The position numbers and the translations under genes were made by a program. From contig JBNMIS010000001.1 of the NCBI GenBank assembly GCA_050873385.1, positions 20,957-84,956 of the forward strand: DNA of 64,000 nucleotides. Reading direction: 5' to 3'. The first letter of the stretch is position 1. Each line of letters begins with the position of its first letter. Below the pieces are notes generated by a model. The model was not told the DNA's origin. It was given only the letters and a program-made list of their open reading frames with translations, and searched no databases. This document shows positions 47,625-56,728 of the stretch, one piece after another. The DNA is from Bacteroidales bacterium (GTDB lineage Bacteria > Bacteroidota > Bacteroidia > Bacteroidales > Paludibacteraceae).

Positions 47625-47974
47625 AACATAACACCCGTAAAATAGCCGATGAAAACGCCAATAATATCCGATAACCAGTCAAAAATATCACCGGTTCGAG
47701 GAGGAAAAAAACATTCTTGCAAGACTTCTATCAACCCACCATACAAGACTGGAAGCAGGATACCCAATACCGCTGATTTGACGACGGACACGCCGTCTCT
47801 CCGCAAAGAGCCCCAAAAGACAATGGACAACAAAGCATACATCAAGAGATGCACCACCTTGTCGATATGAGGAAAAGAACCCACCAACGGTAAACGAACA
47901 TCTCGCAGCAGTGACCCATAAAGGATCAAACCTGCCACGAGAATCGTCGGAATATATGTCCGTATTCTTTTCAA
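47603..47974 (-). CDS. VanZ family membrane protein
   Basis: 123 aa with 4 TM helices and the pattern ...DKVVHLLMY...GGLIEVLQ.....R.GDIFDW. Apparent TTG start at 47974. Overlaps the dprA start by 22 nt. Confidence 0.6.
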   Translation of the reverse strand: MKRIRTYIPTILVAGLILYGSLLRDVRLPLVGSFPHIDKVVHLLMYALLSIVFWGSLRRDGVSVVKSAVLGILLPVLYGGLIEVLQECFFPPRTGDIFDWLSDIIGVFIGYFTGVMLCKMKNN

Positions 47975-47980
47975 GAAATT

Positions 47981-49504
47981 CTAATGAATCAGATTATGCC
48001 CCGTCATTTCAGCAGGTTGCTTCAATCCCAATATATGACACAAGGAGGGCGCAACATCTGCCAAAATACCATTATCCACACGGGCATCCTTGTTCTCACT
48101 TATATAAACAAACGGAACAGGATTGAGCGAGTGTGCCGTATTAGGCGTACCATCCGCATTCTTGGCATGATCGGCATTCCCATGATCGGCAATGATGATG
48201 ACTTCATAGTCATTGCGACGGGCTGCCTCCACTACTTCTCCCACACAGGTATCTATCGTTTCGACTGCTTTTTGTATGGCAGAATAAACACCCGTATGTC
48301 CGACCATATCTCCGTTAGCGAAATTGAGCGTTATATAGTCGTACTTCTTTGTATCCAACGCCTTGACCAATGCCTCCGTGACTTGCGGAGCCGACATCTC
48401 CGGCTGCAAATCGTAGGTTGCCACCTTGGGAGAAGGTATCAGTATGCGGTCTTCGCCTTCAAACGGTGCTTCTCTACCTCCGGAGAAAAAGAATGTGACA
48501 TGTGCAAATTTTTCAGTCTCAGCAATACGCAACTGTTTCATTCCCGCCTTGGATACAATCTCACCGATTGTGTTCTCCACGTTCTCCTTCGGGAACAAGA
48601 TATGTACACCCGTGAAGGAAGAATCATAAGGAGTCATGCAATAATATTGCAAGTCTTTTATAGTCGTCATCCCCATCTCCAGCATATCCTTCTGCGTCAA
48701 AACGACAGTTATCTCCTTAGCCCGATCGTTTCTATAGTTAAAGAAGATAACCACATCGCCTTCCTGGATGGTGGCTATCGGTTTGCCATCAGCATCCACG
48801 GCAACAATGGGTTTAATGAATTCATCGGTTATTCCTTCGGCATAAGAATCGCTCATTGCCTGCAATAAATCAGCAGCAGGTTTCCCTTCACCGTGCACCA
48901 ACAAATCATATGCTAACTTTATGCGCTCCCAGCGTTTATCACGATCCATAGCATAATAACGACCGCAGATGGAAGCAATATGCCCTGCCGTAGCGGCGCA
49001 ATGTTCTTGCAAATCCCGAATGAACCCAATCCCGCTCTTAGGATCGGTGTCGCGGCCATCCATAAAGCAGTGAATATACGTCTTTTCTATACCGTATATC
49101 TTTGAAATCTCACACAACTTGAACAAATGTTCCAGGCTGCTATGCACTCCACCATTCGAGGTCAGCCCCATAAAGTGAATCTGCTTGCCATGCTGCTTGG
49201 CATAGGCAAATGCCGAGATAATCTCAGGATTCTGAAGAATTGAATTATCCTTACAAGCTCTATTTATTTTCACAAGATCCTGATAAACAATCCGCCCTGC
49301 GCCAATATTCAAGTGTCCGACTTCCGAATTCCCCATCTGTCCATCGGGCAAACCTACATTTTCTCCCGAAGCCTGCAACTGAGAGTGAGGATATGTCGCC
49401 AACAATCTATCCCAATTGGGAGTCGGGGTTGAATAAATTGCATCGGCTGCCGACTTGTCTCCGATTCCCCAGCCGTCAAGAATCATCAATAATGCTTTTT
49501 TCAT
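47981..49504 (-). CDS. gpmI: 2,3-bisphosphoglycerate-independent phosphoglycerate mutase
   Basis: [13 protein letters not shown] start, [12 protein letters not shown], and ADHGNA. 507 aa. Confidence 0.93.
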   Translation of the reverse strand: MKKALLMILDGWGIGDKSAADAIYSTPTPNWDRLLATYPHSQLQASGENVGLPDGQMGNSEVGHLNIGAGRIVYQDLVKINRACKDNSILQNPEIISAFAYAKQHGKQIHFMGLTSNGGVHSSLEHLFKLCEISKIYGIEKTYIHCFMDGRDTDPKSGIGFIRDLQEHCAATAGHIASICGRYYAMDRDKRWERIKLAYDLLVHGEGKPAADLLQAMSDSYAEGITDEFIKPIVAVDADGKPIATIQEGDVVIFFNYRNDRAKEITVVLTQKDMLEMGMTTIKDLQYYCMTPYDSSFTGVHILFPKENVENTIGEIVSKAGMKQLRIAETEKFAHVTFFFSGGREAPFEGEDRILIPSPKVATYDLQPEMSAPQVTEALVKALDTKKYDYITLNFANGDMVGHTGVYSAIQKAVETIDTCVGEVVEAARRNDYEVIIIADHGNADHAKNADGTPNTAHSLNPVPFVYISENKDARVDNGILADVAPSLCHILGLKQPAEMTGHNLIH

Positions 49505-49516
49505 ATCTATTACTAT

Positions 49517-49978
49517 TTATCTATTCTCTTTCAATACTCTATCCATCATACGTTTGTCTTCGTTCTCTTTGAGAGTCTGACGCTTATCATACATATGCTT
49601 TCCCTGACACAACGCTATCTCCAATTTTGCCAATCCTCTCTCGTTTATAAAAAGACGCAACGGGATAATTGTTTTCCCCGTCTCTTTGGTCTGACGTTGC
49701 AATTTTATCAATTCCTTACGTTGCAGCAAAAGTTTTCTATCCCGACGGGGAACATGATTATTGAACGTCCCTAACGCATATTCCGCAATATGCATATTTT
49801 TCACCCACAATTCTCCCGATGAAAACAAGCAATATGTATCATTCAGACCCGCCCTGCCTTCACGTATAGACTTTATTTCCGTACCATACAATTGCAAACC
49901 TGCCACATATCGGTCCAGAACCTCATAATCGAACAGTGCCCTTTTGTTCTTTATATTTACATCTGACTTAAAATGCAT
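49517..49978 (-). CDS. smpB: SsrA-binding protein
   Basis: [30 protein letters not shown] and the C-terminal basic tail. 153 aa. Confidence 0.92.
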   Translation of the reverse strand: MHFKSDVNIKNKRALFDYEVLDRYVAGLQLYGTEIKSIREGRAGLNDTYCLFSSGELWVKNMHIAEYALGTFNNHVPRRDRKLLLQRKELIKLQRQTKETGKTIIPLRLFINERGLAKLEIALCQGKHMYDKRQTLKENEDKRMMDRVLKENR

Positions 49979-49980
49979 AA

Positions 49981-50562
49981 CTACATATTCGGGAGTAACA
50001 AATTCAATACCAAATACAAAAGAATAGGCAAAAGTATCATAACCACTGACAATATGGCAACTGCACGAGTCAATGAGCCCTTCGATTCAATTCCAAGTGC
50101 CCTGCACCCCGTATAAATCAAGTACACCACATATATGTCCAAGACAATCAAATAATCCATCTCCGGCAAAATGGTCAATAATATATCCACCACAATATAA
50201 ATTGTCATTGAATATGGAATCAAAGTATAGAGCGCCTCCGTTGCATATTTTTCCTTTCCGCTTCCAAACAAGAATACACTTCCAACTATCACGGCAAAAT
50301 AGTAGAATATTCCATAAAAAATAACCGGTAGCAGAAATGCCCCAAAAGAATGTATCAAACCAAATGGTTCTTCTCCATCAAACAATGTACACGTAAAGTG
50401 AAATATAGCACATAAAAATACGCATGGCAACAGATAACCCATTACAATCCGCTTGATTGGAACTTTTTCTTTTGATATTTGCCGCCATTCTTCCGTAGGG
50501 AACAATAATATTCTCCACACATGGTTCCACACACTTTTTATATACTCAACAACTCCTGCCAC
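49981..50562 (-). CDS. Yip1-like / DUF1282-type integral membrane protein
   Basis: 193 aa with five predicted TM helices after a short cytosolic N-terminus. Apparent GTG start. The family assignment rests on architecture only. Confidence 0.5.
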   Translation of the reverse strand: MAGVVEYIKSVWNHVWRILLFPTEEWRQISKEKVPIKRIVMGYLLPCVFLCAIFHFTCTLFDGEEPFGLIHSFGAFLLPVIFYGIFYYFAVIVGSVFLFGSGKEKYATEALYTLIPYSMTIYIVVDILLTILPEMDYLIVLDIYVVYLIYTGCRALGIESKGSLTRAVAILSVVMILLPILLYLVLNLLLPNM

Positions 50563-50605
50563 TTCGACCTACACATTCATTAAAAGAACTATTTCTAACA
50601 CATTG

Positions 50606-50613
50606 CAAAGATA
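50606..50613 (-). promoter_or_regulatory. -7 promoter box (TATCTTTG on the minus strand) for the Yip1-smpB-gpmI gene string
   Basis: caaagata on the plus strand, 44 nt upstream of the start at 50562. Confidence 0.5.
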
Positions 50614-50765
50614 CAACAAATTTGAAATAATACACATCTATTTCATGCATCATTACAACAAAATCATCATCAATCAAATCTTCTTCCATGTGACATCATC
50701 TGATCACCATGCCATATATGCTGCAAGAATATCGTCTCCGGATTTGTAGATTGAAATAAAAGCAG

Positions 50766-50773
50766 TACTTTTG
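50766..50773 (+). promoter_or_regulatory. -7 promoter box TACTTTTG for the DUF5606-like gene
   Basis: Exact TAnnTTTG match, 24 nt upstream of the ATG at 50797. Confidence 0.55.
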
Positions 50774-50796
50774 CAAACAAACTAAACAAACTTATT

Positions 50797-51330
50797 ATGC
50801 TCAAAAACATCTTAGCAATAACAGGGAAATCCGGTCTATTTCGCTTGGTAAGCAGAGGAAATGGAATGCTGATAGTAGAATCTCTCGAAGACGGTAAACG
50901 TATGCCAACTTATGCGCGCGATAAAATTGTAAGCCTTGCCGACATCTCTATGTTTACAACAGGAGAAGATGTACCGTTGCGTTTGGTATTGGAGAGTCTT
51001 GGAAAAAAAGAGAGTTTAAAGGAGTGTCCATTGGATGTAAAAAAAATGGATACAGAATCTCTCCGTTCTTTCTTTGCTGAAGTTCTTCCCGATTTCGATC
51101 GGGATCGTGTCTATCCTTCTGATATCCGCAAATTAGTACAATGGTATAATACCTTGATCAAAGCAGGTATCACCGATTTCAGCGAGCAGGAAGAGGATAA
51201 TCACGATATTGCGACAACAACCGACAACAATACGTTTGAAGAGAAGAAAACTATCCAAAAAACTGAAGGAAAAATACGTAAAGCGGCTGTAAATAATACA
51301 CGCTCCAATGTGGGTACCAAAAAGGGTTAA
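50797..51330 (+). CDS. Conserved Bacteroidota hypothetical protein (DUF5606-like by recall)
   Basis: MLKNILAITGKSGLFRLVSRGNGMLIVESL... The N-terminus resembles a widely conserved Bacteroidales protein. The C-terminal third is low-complexity and charged. Confidence 0.6.
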   Translation: MLKNILAITGKSGLFRLVSRGNGMLIVESLEDGKRMPTYARDKIVSLADISMFTTGEDVPLRLVLESLGKKESLKECPLDVKKMDTESLRSFFAEVLPDFDRDRVYPSDIRKLVQWYNTLIKAGITDFSEQEEDNHDIATTTDNNTFEEKKTIQKTEGKIRKAAVNNTRSNVGTKKG

Positions 51331-51333
51331 TGG

Positions 51334-52137
51334 TTGAGGGTTAAAAAGATCACTGAAAAAATAGAATCTGTTGCACCGCTGTCATTGCAAGAGCATTGGG
51401 ACAATTCGGGGCTGCAGATCGGAAAACCGGAGCAGGAAGTCCGTTCCGTTTTGCTGTGTACAGACATAACGGAGAATATCCTGCGGGAGGCATATGAGAA
51501 ACAATGCCAATTGGTTATCTCTCACCATCCATTGCTTTTTCGTGGACTGAAAACTATTCAAGGAAGCACAATGCAAGAGCGTTGTGCTATTTTTGCAATA
51601 GAACATAATATATCCATCTATTCATCCCATACTCCGATGGATGCATATCCGCATGGTGTCAGCGGACACATAGCGGATAAATTGGGAATCCGTGATTACA
51701 CCGTCCTCGCACTCACACAACCGCCTGCAGGATTAGGTGTTATCGGAGACCTTCCGGAACCTATGCATTTCTCTGCTTTTCTTAGGAAAGTTGCGGCGGC
51801 GTTTCAAGTAGAGACCATTCGCTATACTCTGCCTGCAAAAGAGTTTGTACAACATATTGCGATCTGCGGCGGAGCAGGAAGTGAATTTATGCAATTGGCG
51901 ATTGATCAAAAAGCGGATGTCTATCTAAGTTCGGATTTCAAATATCACGAGTTTTGCGATGCAGTTCCCCGAATTGCTGTTGTGGATATCGGACATTTTG
52001 AGAGCGAACAATTCACCAAAGAGATATTTTACTCTATTTTAGAGCCTTACAAAAAATCTATCAATCTGTTGATGGCAGAAAACGACATCAACCCTATTCA
52101 TACATATATTGCAAATAACAACATAAACAATAATTAA
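51334..52137 (+). CDS. Nif3-like dinuclear metal centre protein (GTP cyclohydrolase 1 type 2 homologue)
   Basis: ..APLSLQEHWDNSGLQIG.., ISHHPLLF, and the C-terminal DIGHFESE motifs. Apparent TTG start at 51334; there is no in-frame ATG nearby. Confidence 0.85.
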   Translation: MRVKKITEKIESVAPLSLQEHWDNSGLQIGKPEQEVRSVLLCTDITENILREAYEKQCQLVISHHPLLFRGLKTIQGSTMQERCAIFAIEHNISIYSSHTPMDAYPHGVSGHIADKLGIRDYTVLALTQPPAGLGVIGDLPEPMHFSAFLRKVAAAFQVETIRYTLPAKEFVQHIAICGGAGSEFMQLAIDQKADVYLSSDFKYHEFCDAVPRIAVVDIGHFESEQFTKEIFYSILEPYKKSINLLMAENDINPIHTYIANNNINNN

Positions 52138-52150
52138 AAACTAAAGTAGT

Positions 52151-52912
52151 ATGGCAACAAAAGAAAATGAATTGACCAATGAACAAAAATTGCAACTCCT
52201 GTACGATTTGCAGAAGGTATATTCCAAAATTGACGAACTGCGGGTTCTGTTGGGAGAACTACCTGGAGAAGTAAAGGATATGGGCGATGAAGTCGAAGGT
52301 CTGAAATGCCGTTTGTCAAACATCAAAAAAGAGATTGAAGACCTGGAGAATCATATAAGTGAAAAGAAAGTGCAGGCAGAAACTGCCAATGCAATGGTTT
52401 CGCGCTACAAAGAGCAGCAGGAAAATGTCCGTAACAACAGGGAATACGACAACCTGTCAAAAGAGATTGAATACCAAACTCTTGAGATTGAACTATGCCA
52501 AAAGCGTATCAAAGAATACTCCGCTGCCTTGGAGCAAAAACAGGCTGAAAAACAGAAAACAATTGCGGAAATCGAAGAACGCACAATCGACCTCAAAGAG
52601 AAAGAGCATGAGTTGGACGACATCCTGAGCGAGACCAAAGGACAAACTGAGCAACTGATGCTTCATGCGCAGGATTTGGAAAAACAAATGACAGACGAGC
52701 GGTTGCTTACGGCTTTCAAACGGATACGTAAAAATGCGCACAATGGCTTGGCCGTTGTTACGGTTGAGCGCGATGCATGTGGTGGTTGCCACAATAAGAT
52801 TCCGGCACAACGCCAATTGGATATTCGTTTGCGTAAGAAAATCATCGTGTGTGAATATTGTGGACGTATCCTCATTGATCCCGAAATGGCAAACGAATCA
52901 AGCGAAAACTAA
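52151..52912 (+). CDS. Coiled-coil protein with C-terminal C4 zinc ribbon (DUF164 family, usual Nif3 partner)
   Basis: Long heptad-rich helical region, then CGGCHNKIP...VCEYCGRIL. Conserved adjacency to Nif3. Confidence 0.8.
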   Translation: MATKENELTNEQKLQLLYDLQKVYSKIDELRVLLGELPGEVKDMGDEVEGLKCRLSNIKKEIEDLENHISEKKVQAETANAMVSRYKEQQENVRNNREYDNLSKEIEYQTLEIELCQKRIKEYSAALEQKQAEKQKTIAEIEERTIDLKEKEHELDDILSETKGQTEQLMLHAQDLEKQMTDERLLTAFKRIRKNAHNGLAVVTVERDACGGCHNKIPAQRQLDIRLRKKIIVCEYCGRILIDPEMANESSEN

Positions 52913-52945
52913 AAAAGCCATCTTCCATATATTTTGATATTGTTC

Positions 52946-52985
52946 ATTGCGGCGTATCCTGGGCGGGGTGCGCCGCAATTCTTGT
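52946..52985 (+). terminator. Stem-loop downstream of the zinc-ribbon gene
   Basis: attgcggcg (52946-52954) pairs with cgccgcaat (52971-52979): 9 bp with a 16-nt loop, followed by a weak T tract (ttcttg). Confidence 0.45.
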
Positions 52986-53004
52986 ATATCCGAAACTTTT
53001 CACT

Positions 53005-53012
53005 TACCTTTG
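53005..53012 (+). promoter_or_regulatory. -7 promoter box TACCTTTG for parE
   Basis: Exact TAnnTTTG match, 30 nt upstream of the ATG at 53042. Confidence 0.55.
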
Positions 53013-53041
53013 CGTGCAGATTTTGTTTTCCTTATCTCATT

Positions 53042-54949
53042 ATGGCAGAACTACAACTTACTCCCGAAACGGCTGAATATACCAAAGATAATGTCCGGCA
53101 CCTTGACGATGTAGAGCACATTCGTCTCCGGCCGGGTATGTATATCGGAAAATTAGGTGATGGATCCCATTCCGATGATGGAATTTATGTACTCATCAAG
53201 GAAACGGTTGACAATTCCATTGATGAGTTCCGAATGAATGCTGGGAAAGTCATTGACGTGCATGTCAATGACGGGAAAGTTGCCGTTCGGGACTATGGAC
53301 GTGGGATTCCGTTGGAAGTATTGGTGGATGTTGTCTCACTGCTCAACACGGGAGCCAAGTACGACTCAAAGGCTTTCAAGAAATCCGTCGGACTCAATGG
53401 AGTGGGTCTCAAGGCTGTCAATGCGTTGTCGTGGAAGTTCGTGGCACAGGCATTTAGGGATGGCAAAACGCGGCGGGTCGAATTCAAACAGGGTAAGTTG
53501 CTGCAAGATAGCGGAATCATTGATGATGTCAACCGCTCTCAGCGTGGAACTCTTATCGAATTTGAACCGGATGCATCGCGAGGTATCTTCGAAAATTACA
53601 CATTCAGAGAGGAGTATATTGAAACCATGATGCGCAATTATGCGTATCTCAATACGGGACTCACGCTCAACTTCAACGGACGGCGGTATTGTTCAAAGCG
53701 AGGACTGTTGGACTTGCTCACGGAGACCATGACGGTAGAACCGCTCTACCCTATTATTCACTTAAAAGGCGAAGACATTGAAATCGCACTTACGCACACC
53801 AATCAGAACAACGACGAATACTATTCTTTCGTCAATGGGCAACACACCATACAGGGAGGAACCCATCAAGCCGCTTTCAGGGAAGCAATCGGAAGAACCA
53901 TTAAAGAGTTCTTTGGAAAGAATATGGATCTGACCGATGTCCGCAACGGAGTCGTTGGGGCGATTGCCATTAACATCGAAGAACCCGTTTTCGAAAGCCA
54001 GACAAAAACGAAGTTGGGATCTCGCGACATCTCACCAAAAGAAGGCAGCATATCTGTCAACAAATTCGTTAACGATTTCGTTAAAAAGGAATTGGACAAC
54101 TTCCTCCATAAACATCCGGAGATTACGGAAGTGATGCTCCAGAAGATACAGGATTCGGAGAAAGAGCGAAAAGCCATATTGAGTGTCACCAAGGTCGCAC
54201 GGGAACGCGCAAAAAAGAATAATCTCAACAATCCTAAACTGCGCGACTGCCGGATACATCTGAATGATACACGGCCTGCACGGGTGAGCAAAGATTCCGA
54301 CGAAGACCTGAGAGACTTCAGTTCCATTTTCATCACGGAGGGCTTGTCTGCATCGGGTTCTATCACAAAATCCAGGGATGTGAATACACAGGCGGTCTTT
54401 TCTCTGCGCGGAAAACCAAAAAACAGTTACGGGCTGACCAAGGAAATCGTTTATGAAAACGAAGAGTTCTTCTGTCTCCAATCGGCGCTGAACATCGAGG
54501 ACGGGCTGGATAATCTTCGGTACAACAAGGTTATTATTGCCACGGATGCGGATGTCGATGGCATGCACATCCGACTGCTCTTGCTTACATTCTTCCTGCA
54601 GTTTTTCCCCGATCTGGTCAAGAAAGGACATGTATATATCTTGCAAACCCCTCTGTTTCGGGTAAAGAATAAGAAAGAAATACGCTACTGCTATTCCGAA
54701 GAAGAACGCCTGCAGGCTATTGAAGACCTGAAACCCAATCCGGAGATTACACGTTTCAAAGGACTTGGAGAGATTTCTCCCGATGAGTTCAAGGGATTCA
54801 TCGGAAAAAATATCCGGTTAGACCAAGTCACGCTGCGCAAGGAGGATGCTGTAAGCGACCTTATGGAATTTTACATGGGGAAAAACACTATGGAACGCCA
54901 AAACTTCATCATTGAGAATCTTGTCGTGGAGGAAGATGCTGTAGATTAG
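53042..54949 (+). CDS. parE: DNA topoisomerase IV subunit B (type IIA topoisomerase ATPase subunit)
   Basis: [39 protein letters not shown], the Toprim block [11 protein letters not shown], and [20 protein letters not shown]. The 635-aa length and the IGKLGDG start fit the Bacteroidota ParE type rather than GyrB (by recall). Confidence 0.8.
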   Translation: MAELQLTPETAEYTKDNVRHLDDVEHIRLRPGMYIGKLGDGSHSDDGIYVLIKETVDNSIDEFRMNAGKVIDVHVNDGKVAVRDYGRGIPLEVLVDVVSLLNTGAKYDSKAFKKSVGLNGVGLKAVNALSWKFVAQAFRDGKTRRVEFKQGKLLQDSGIIDDVNRSQRGTLIEFEPDASRGIFENYTFREEYIETMMRNYAYLNTGLTLNFNGRRYCSKRGLLDLLTETMTVEPLYPIIHLKGEDIEIALTHTNQNNDEYYSFVNGQHTIQGGTHQAAFREAIGRTIKEFFGKNMDLTDVRNGVVGAIAINIEEPVFESQTKTKLGSRDISPKEGSISVNKFVNDFVKKELDNFLHKHPEITEVMLQKIQDSEKERKAILSVTKVARERAKKNNLNNPKLRDCRIHLNDTRPARVSKDSDEDLRDFSSIFITEGLSASGSITKSRDVNTQAVFSLRGKPKNSYGLTKEIVYENEEFFCLQSALNIEDGLDNLRYNKVIIATDADVDGMHIRLLLLTFFLQFFPDLVKKGHVYILQTPLFRVKNKKEIRYCYSEEERLQAIEDLKPNPEITRFKGLGEISPDEFKGFIGKNIRLDQVTLRKEDAVSDLMEFYMGKNTMERQNFIIENLVVEEDAVD

Positions 54950-54952
54950 GTT

Positions 54953-55378
54953 ATGTGGTGGATTCCTGTTGTCATATTTGTAGGGTTGGGACTGGCCACA
55001 GCCGTTGCCTTGGAACTCAGAGAACGCAAACGAAGCCGGAACTGCGTGGAAAATTCCGGATCCGCCGCTAAGTCGTCAGTCTCAGATGGGGAATGTTGTG
55101 GGCAGCATGCTGTGTGTGAACGCGATCTCCTCCTGAACAAAAAAGATGAGATAATCTATTATGATGATGATGAATTGGATGCTCTGTCGGGTATTTCTCC
55201 CGATGAATACGATGAAAAACAATTGCACGAATTGGAAGATGTCTTCTATACTCTTCAGGAAAAAGATGTTGCAGGTTGGCTTAGAAGCCTGCAGTTGCGC
55301 AACATCGCTCTGCCGGATGAACTGCGCGACGAAGCGCTCCTTATCGTGAGTGAACGCCGCCGTTCCGGCAATCAATGA
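54953..55378 (+). CDS. Small membrane-anchored hypothetical protein (141 aa)
   Basis: N-terminal TM helix WWIPVVIFVGLGLATAVAL, a Cys cluster DGECCGQHAVCE, then an acidic helical tail. Starts 3 nt after the parE stop. Confidence 0.55.
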   Translation: MWWIPVVIFVGLGLATAVALELRERKRSRNCVENSGSAAKSSVSDGECCGQHAVCERDLLLNKKDEIIYYDDDELDALSGISPDEYDEKQLHELEDVFYTLQEKDVAGWLRSLQLRNIALPDELRDEALLIVSERRRSGNQ

Positions 55379-55456
55379 CCAACTCTTTAACCTGCTTGGC
55401 AGAGGTGCCTCCGTCTTTGCTTCGGATTGTTCTTCATATCGCTCTTCGTTGTGGAA

Positions 55457-55500
55457 AATCGAGGGGACCTCAACGACCCCCGAAGCCGACCTCGACGGGT
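55457..55500 (-). repeat. Copy G of the interspersed 11-nt-unit intergenic element (the only clear minus-strand copy)
   Basis: The reverse complement reads acccgtcgagg | tcggcttcggg | ggtcgttgagg | tcccctcgatt (55500 down to 55457). Confidence 0.8.
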
Positions 55501-55571
55501 ACCCCGAAAAACACAAATGACAGGACATAAAAAATCAATTCCGTTAACTTGTGTATATCAGGAAATATAAT

Positions 55572-55579
55572 TAGTTTTG
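55572..55579 (+). promoter_or_regulatory. -7 promoter box TAGTTTTG for the mreBCD-mrdA-rodA operon
   Basis: Exact TAnnTTTG match, 85 nt upstream of the mreB ATG at 55664. Confidence 0.5.
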
Positions 55580-55580
55580 C

Positions 55581-55610
55581 GGTCGGTTAGGTAGGGGCTT
55601 GTGCTCTTGC
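55581..55610 (+). repeat. Partial or degenerate copy H of the element
   Basis: ggtcggttagg (55581-55591) is identical to the second unit of copy C. The following taggggcttgtgctcttgc resembles aggggtgcttgaggtgtgctc of copy A. Confidence 0.4.
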
Positions 55611-55663
55611 TTTTTGTGTTTGATGCCGATCATATAATTAACTAAATACCAATAAGTGAAGAA

Positions 55664-56683
55664 ATGAGTCTTTTTTCGTTTACACAAGAGATTGCCATTG
55701 ACTTGGGTACGGCAAATACCATCATTATTTGCGACGACAAGATTGTGGTAGATGAGCCATCTGTGGTGGCTATAAGCATGCAGACCAACGAAATGGTCGC
55801 TGTGGGGCGCAAAGCACAACAAATGATAGGTAAGGGCGGTAATATGATACGCACGGTTCGTCCGCTGCGGAATGGTGTGATTGCCGACTTCCAGGCTTGC
55901 GAAATGATGATTCGCGGGCTTGTCAAGATGATTCCTCGAAAGAACAAATTGTTCATGCCTTCACTCAAAATGGTGGTTTGTATCCCTTCTGGAAGTACGG
56001 AGGTCGAGATTCGTGCCGTGCGCGATAGTAGCGAGCACGCCGGAGGAAGGGAAGTTTATATGATTTACGAGCCTATGGCGGCGGCTATCGGTATGGGCAT
56101 TGACGTGGAAAGCCCGAAAGGCTGCATGATTGTGGATATCGGTGGTGGTACTACCGAGATTGCCGTCATCTCTCTGGGAGGTATCGTAACCAACAAGTCC
56201 ATACAGATTGCAGGGGACGAGTTGAATGCCGACATCATCGAATACATGGGACGGATGCACAATCTGCGTATCGACGAACCTACGGCTGAGAGAATCAAAA
56301 TGAGAGTGGGCTCTGCACTGACCGAACTGGATAATCCGCCTGAAGATTTCATGGTCATCGGACCTAACAAAACGTCGGCTCTTCCTATGGAAGTGCCGGT
56401 TAGTTATCAGGAAATTGCACACTGCCTTGAGAAATCCATTTCTAAGATTGAAAACGCCATACTGCAAGCATTGGAAGGGACTCCTCCTGAATTGTATGCC
56501 GACATCGTCACAAACGGAATCTTCTTGGCGGGCGGTGGTGCACTCTTGCATGGATTGGCAAAACGTCTGAGCGATAAGATTACGATTCCTTTCCATGTAG
56601 CGGAAGACCCGTTACACTCTGTAGCATTGGGTACGGGTATCGCGCTGAAAAATGTCAACAACTTCAATTTCTTGATACGCTAA
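55664..56683 (+). CDS. mreB: Rod shape-determining protein MreB
   Basis: IAIDLGTANTII, the actin-fold phosphate loops VDIGGGTTEIAV, and GGGALLHGL. 339 aa. Confidence 0.95.
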   Translation: MSLFSFTQEIAIDLGTANTIIICDDKIVVDEPSVVAISMQTNEMVAVGRKAQQMIGKGGNMIRTVRPLRNGVIADFQACEMMIRGLVKMIPRKNKLFMPSLKMVVCIPSGSTEVEIRAVRDSSEHAGGREVYMIYEPMAAAIGMGIDVESPKGCMIVDIGGGTTEIAVISLGGIVTNKSIQIAGDELNADIIEYMGRMHNLRIDEPTAERIKMRVGSALTELDNPPEDFMVIGPNKTSALPMEVPVSYQEIAHCLEKSISKIENAILQALEGTPPELYADIVTNGIFLAGGGALLHGLAKRLSDKITIPFHVAEDPLHSVALGTGIALKNVNNFNFLIR

Positions 56684-56693
56684 TCATGAATAA

Positions 56694-56720
56694 CAGAGAA
56701 GGGACGCACTCCCTTCTCTG
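56694..56720 (+). terminator. Perfect 11-bp stem-loop between mreB and mreC (attenuator or mRNA-stabilising hairpin)
   Basis: cagagaaggga (56694-56704) pairs with tcccttctctg (56710-56720) around the loop cgcac. No strong U tract follows; the mreC ATG is 9 nt downstream. Confidence 0.45.
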
Positions 56721-56728
56721 CTTGTAAA

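Noticed and set aside
1231-55500. CRISPR-like interpretation of the short direct repeats.
   Set aside because: The units are contiguous 11-mers with no spacers. There are only 3-4 per locus, they are degenerate, and no cas genes or leader are present in the window.
55468-55591. Invertible promoter (inverton) controlling mreB, with cctcaacgacc and ggtcggttagg as the inverted repeats.
   Set aside because: The inverted repeat is only 11 nt and matches at 9 of 11 positions. No invertase or recombinase gene is nearby, and phase variation of an essential elongasome operon is implausible. It is kept only as a testable side-note in the findings.
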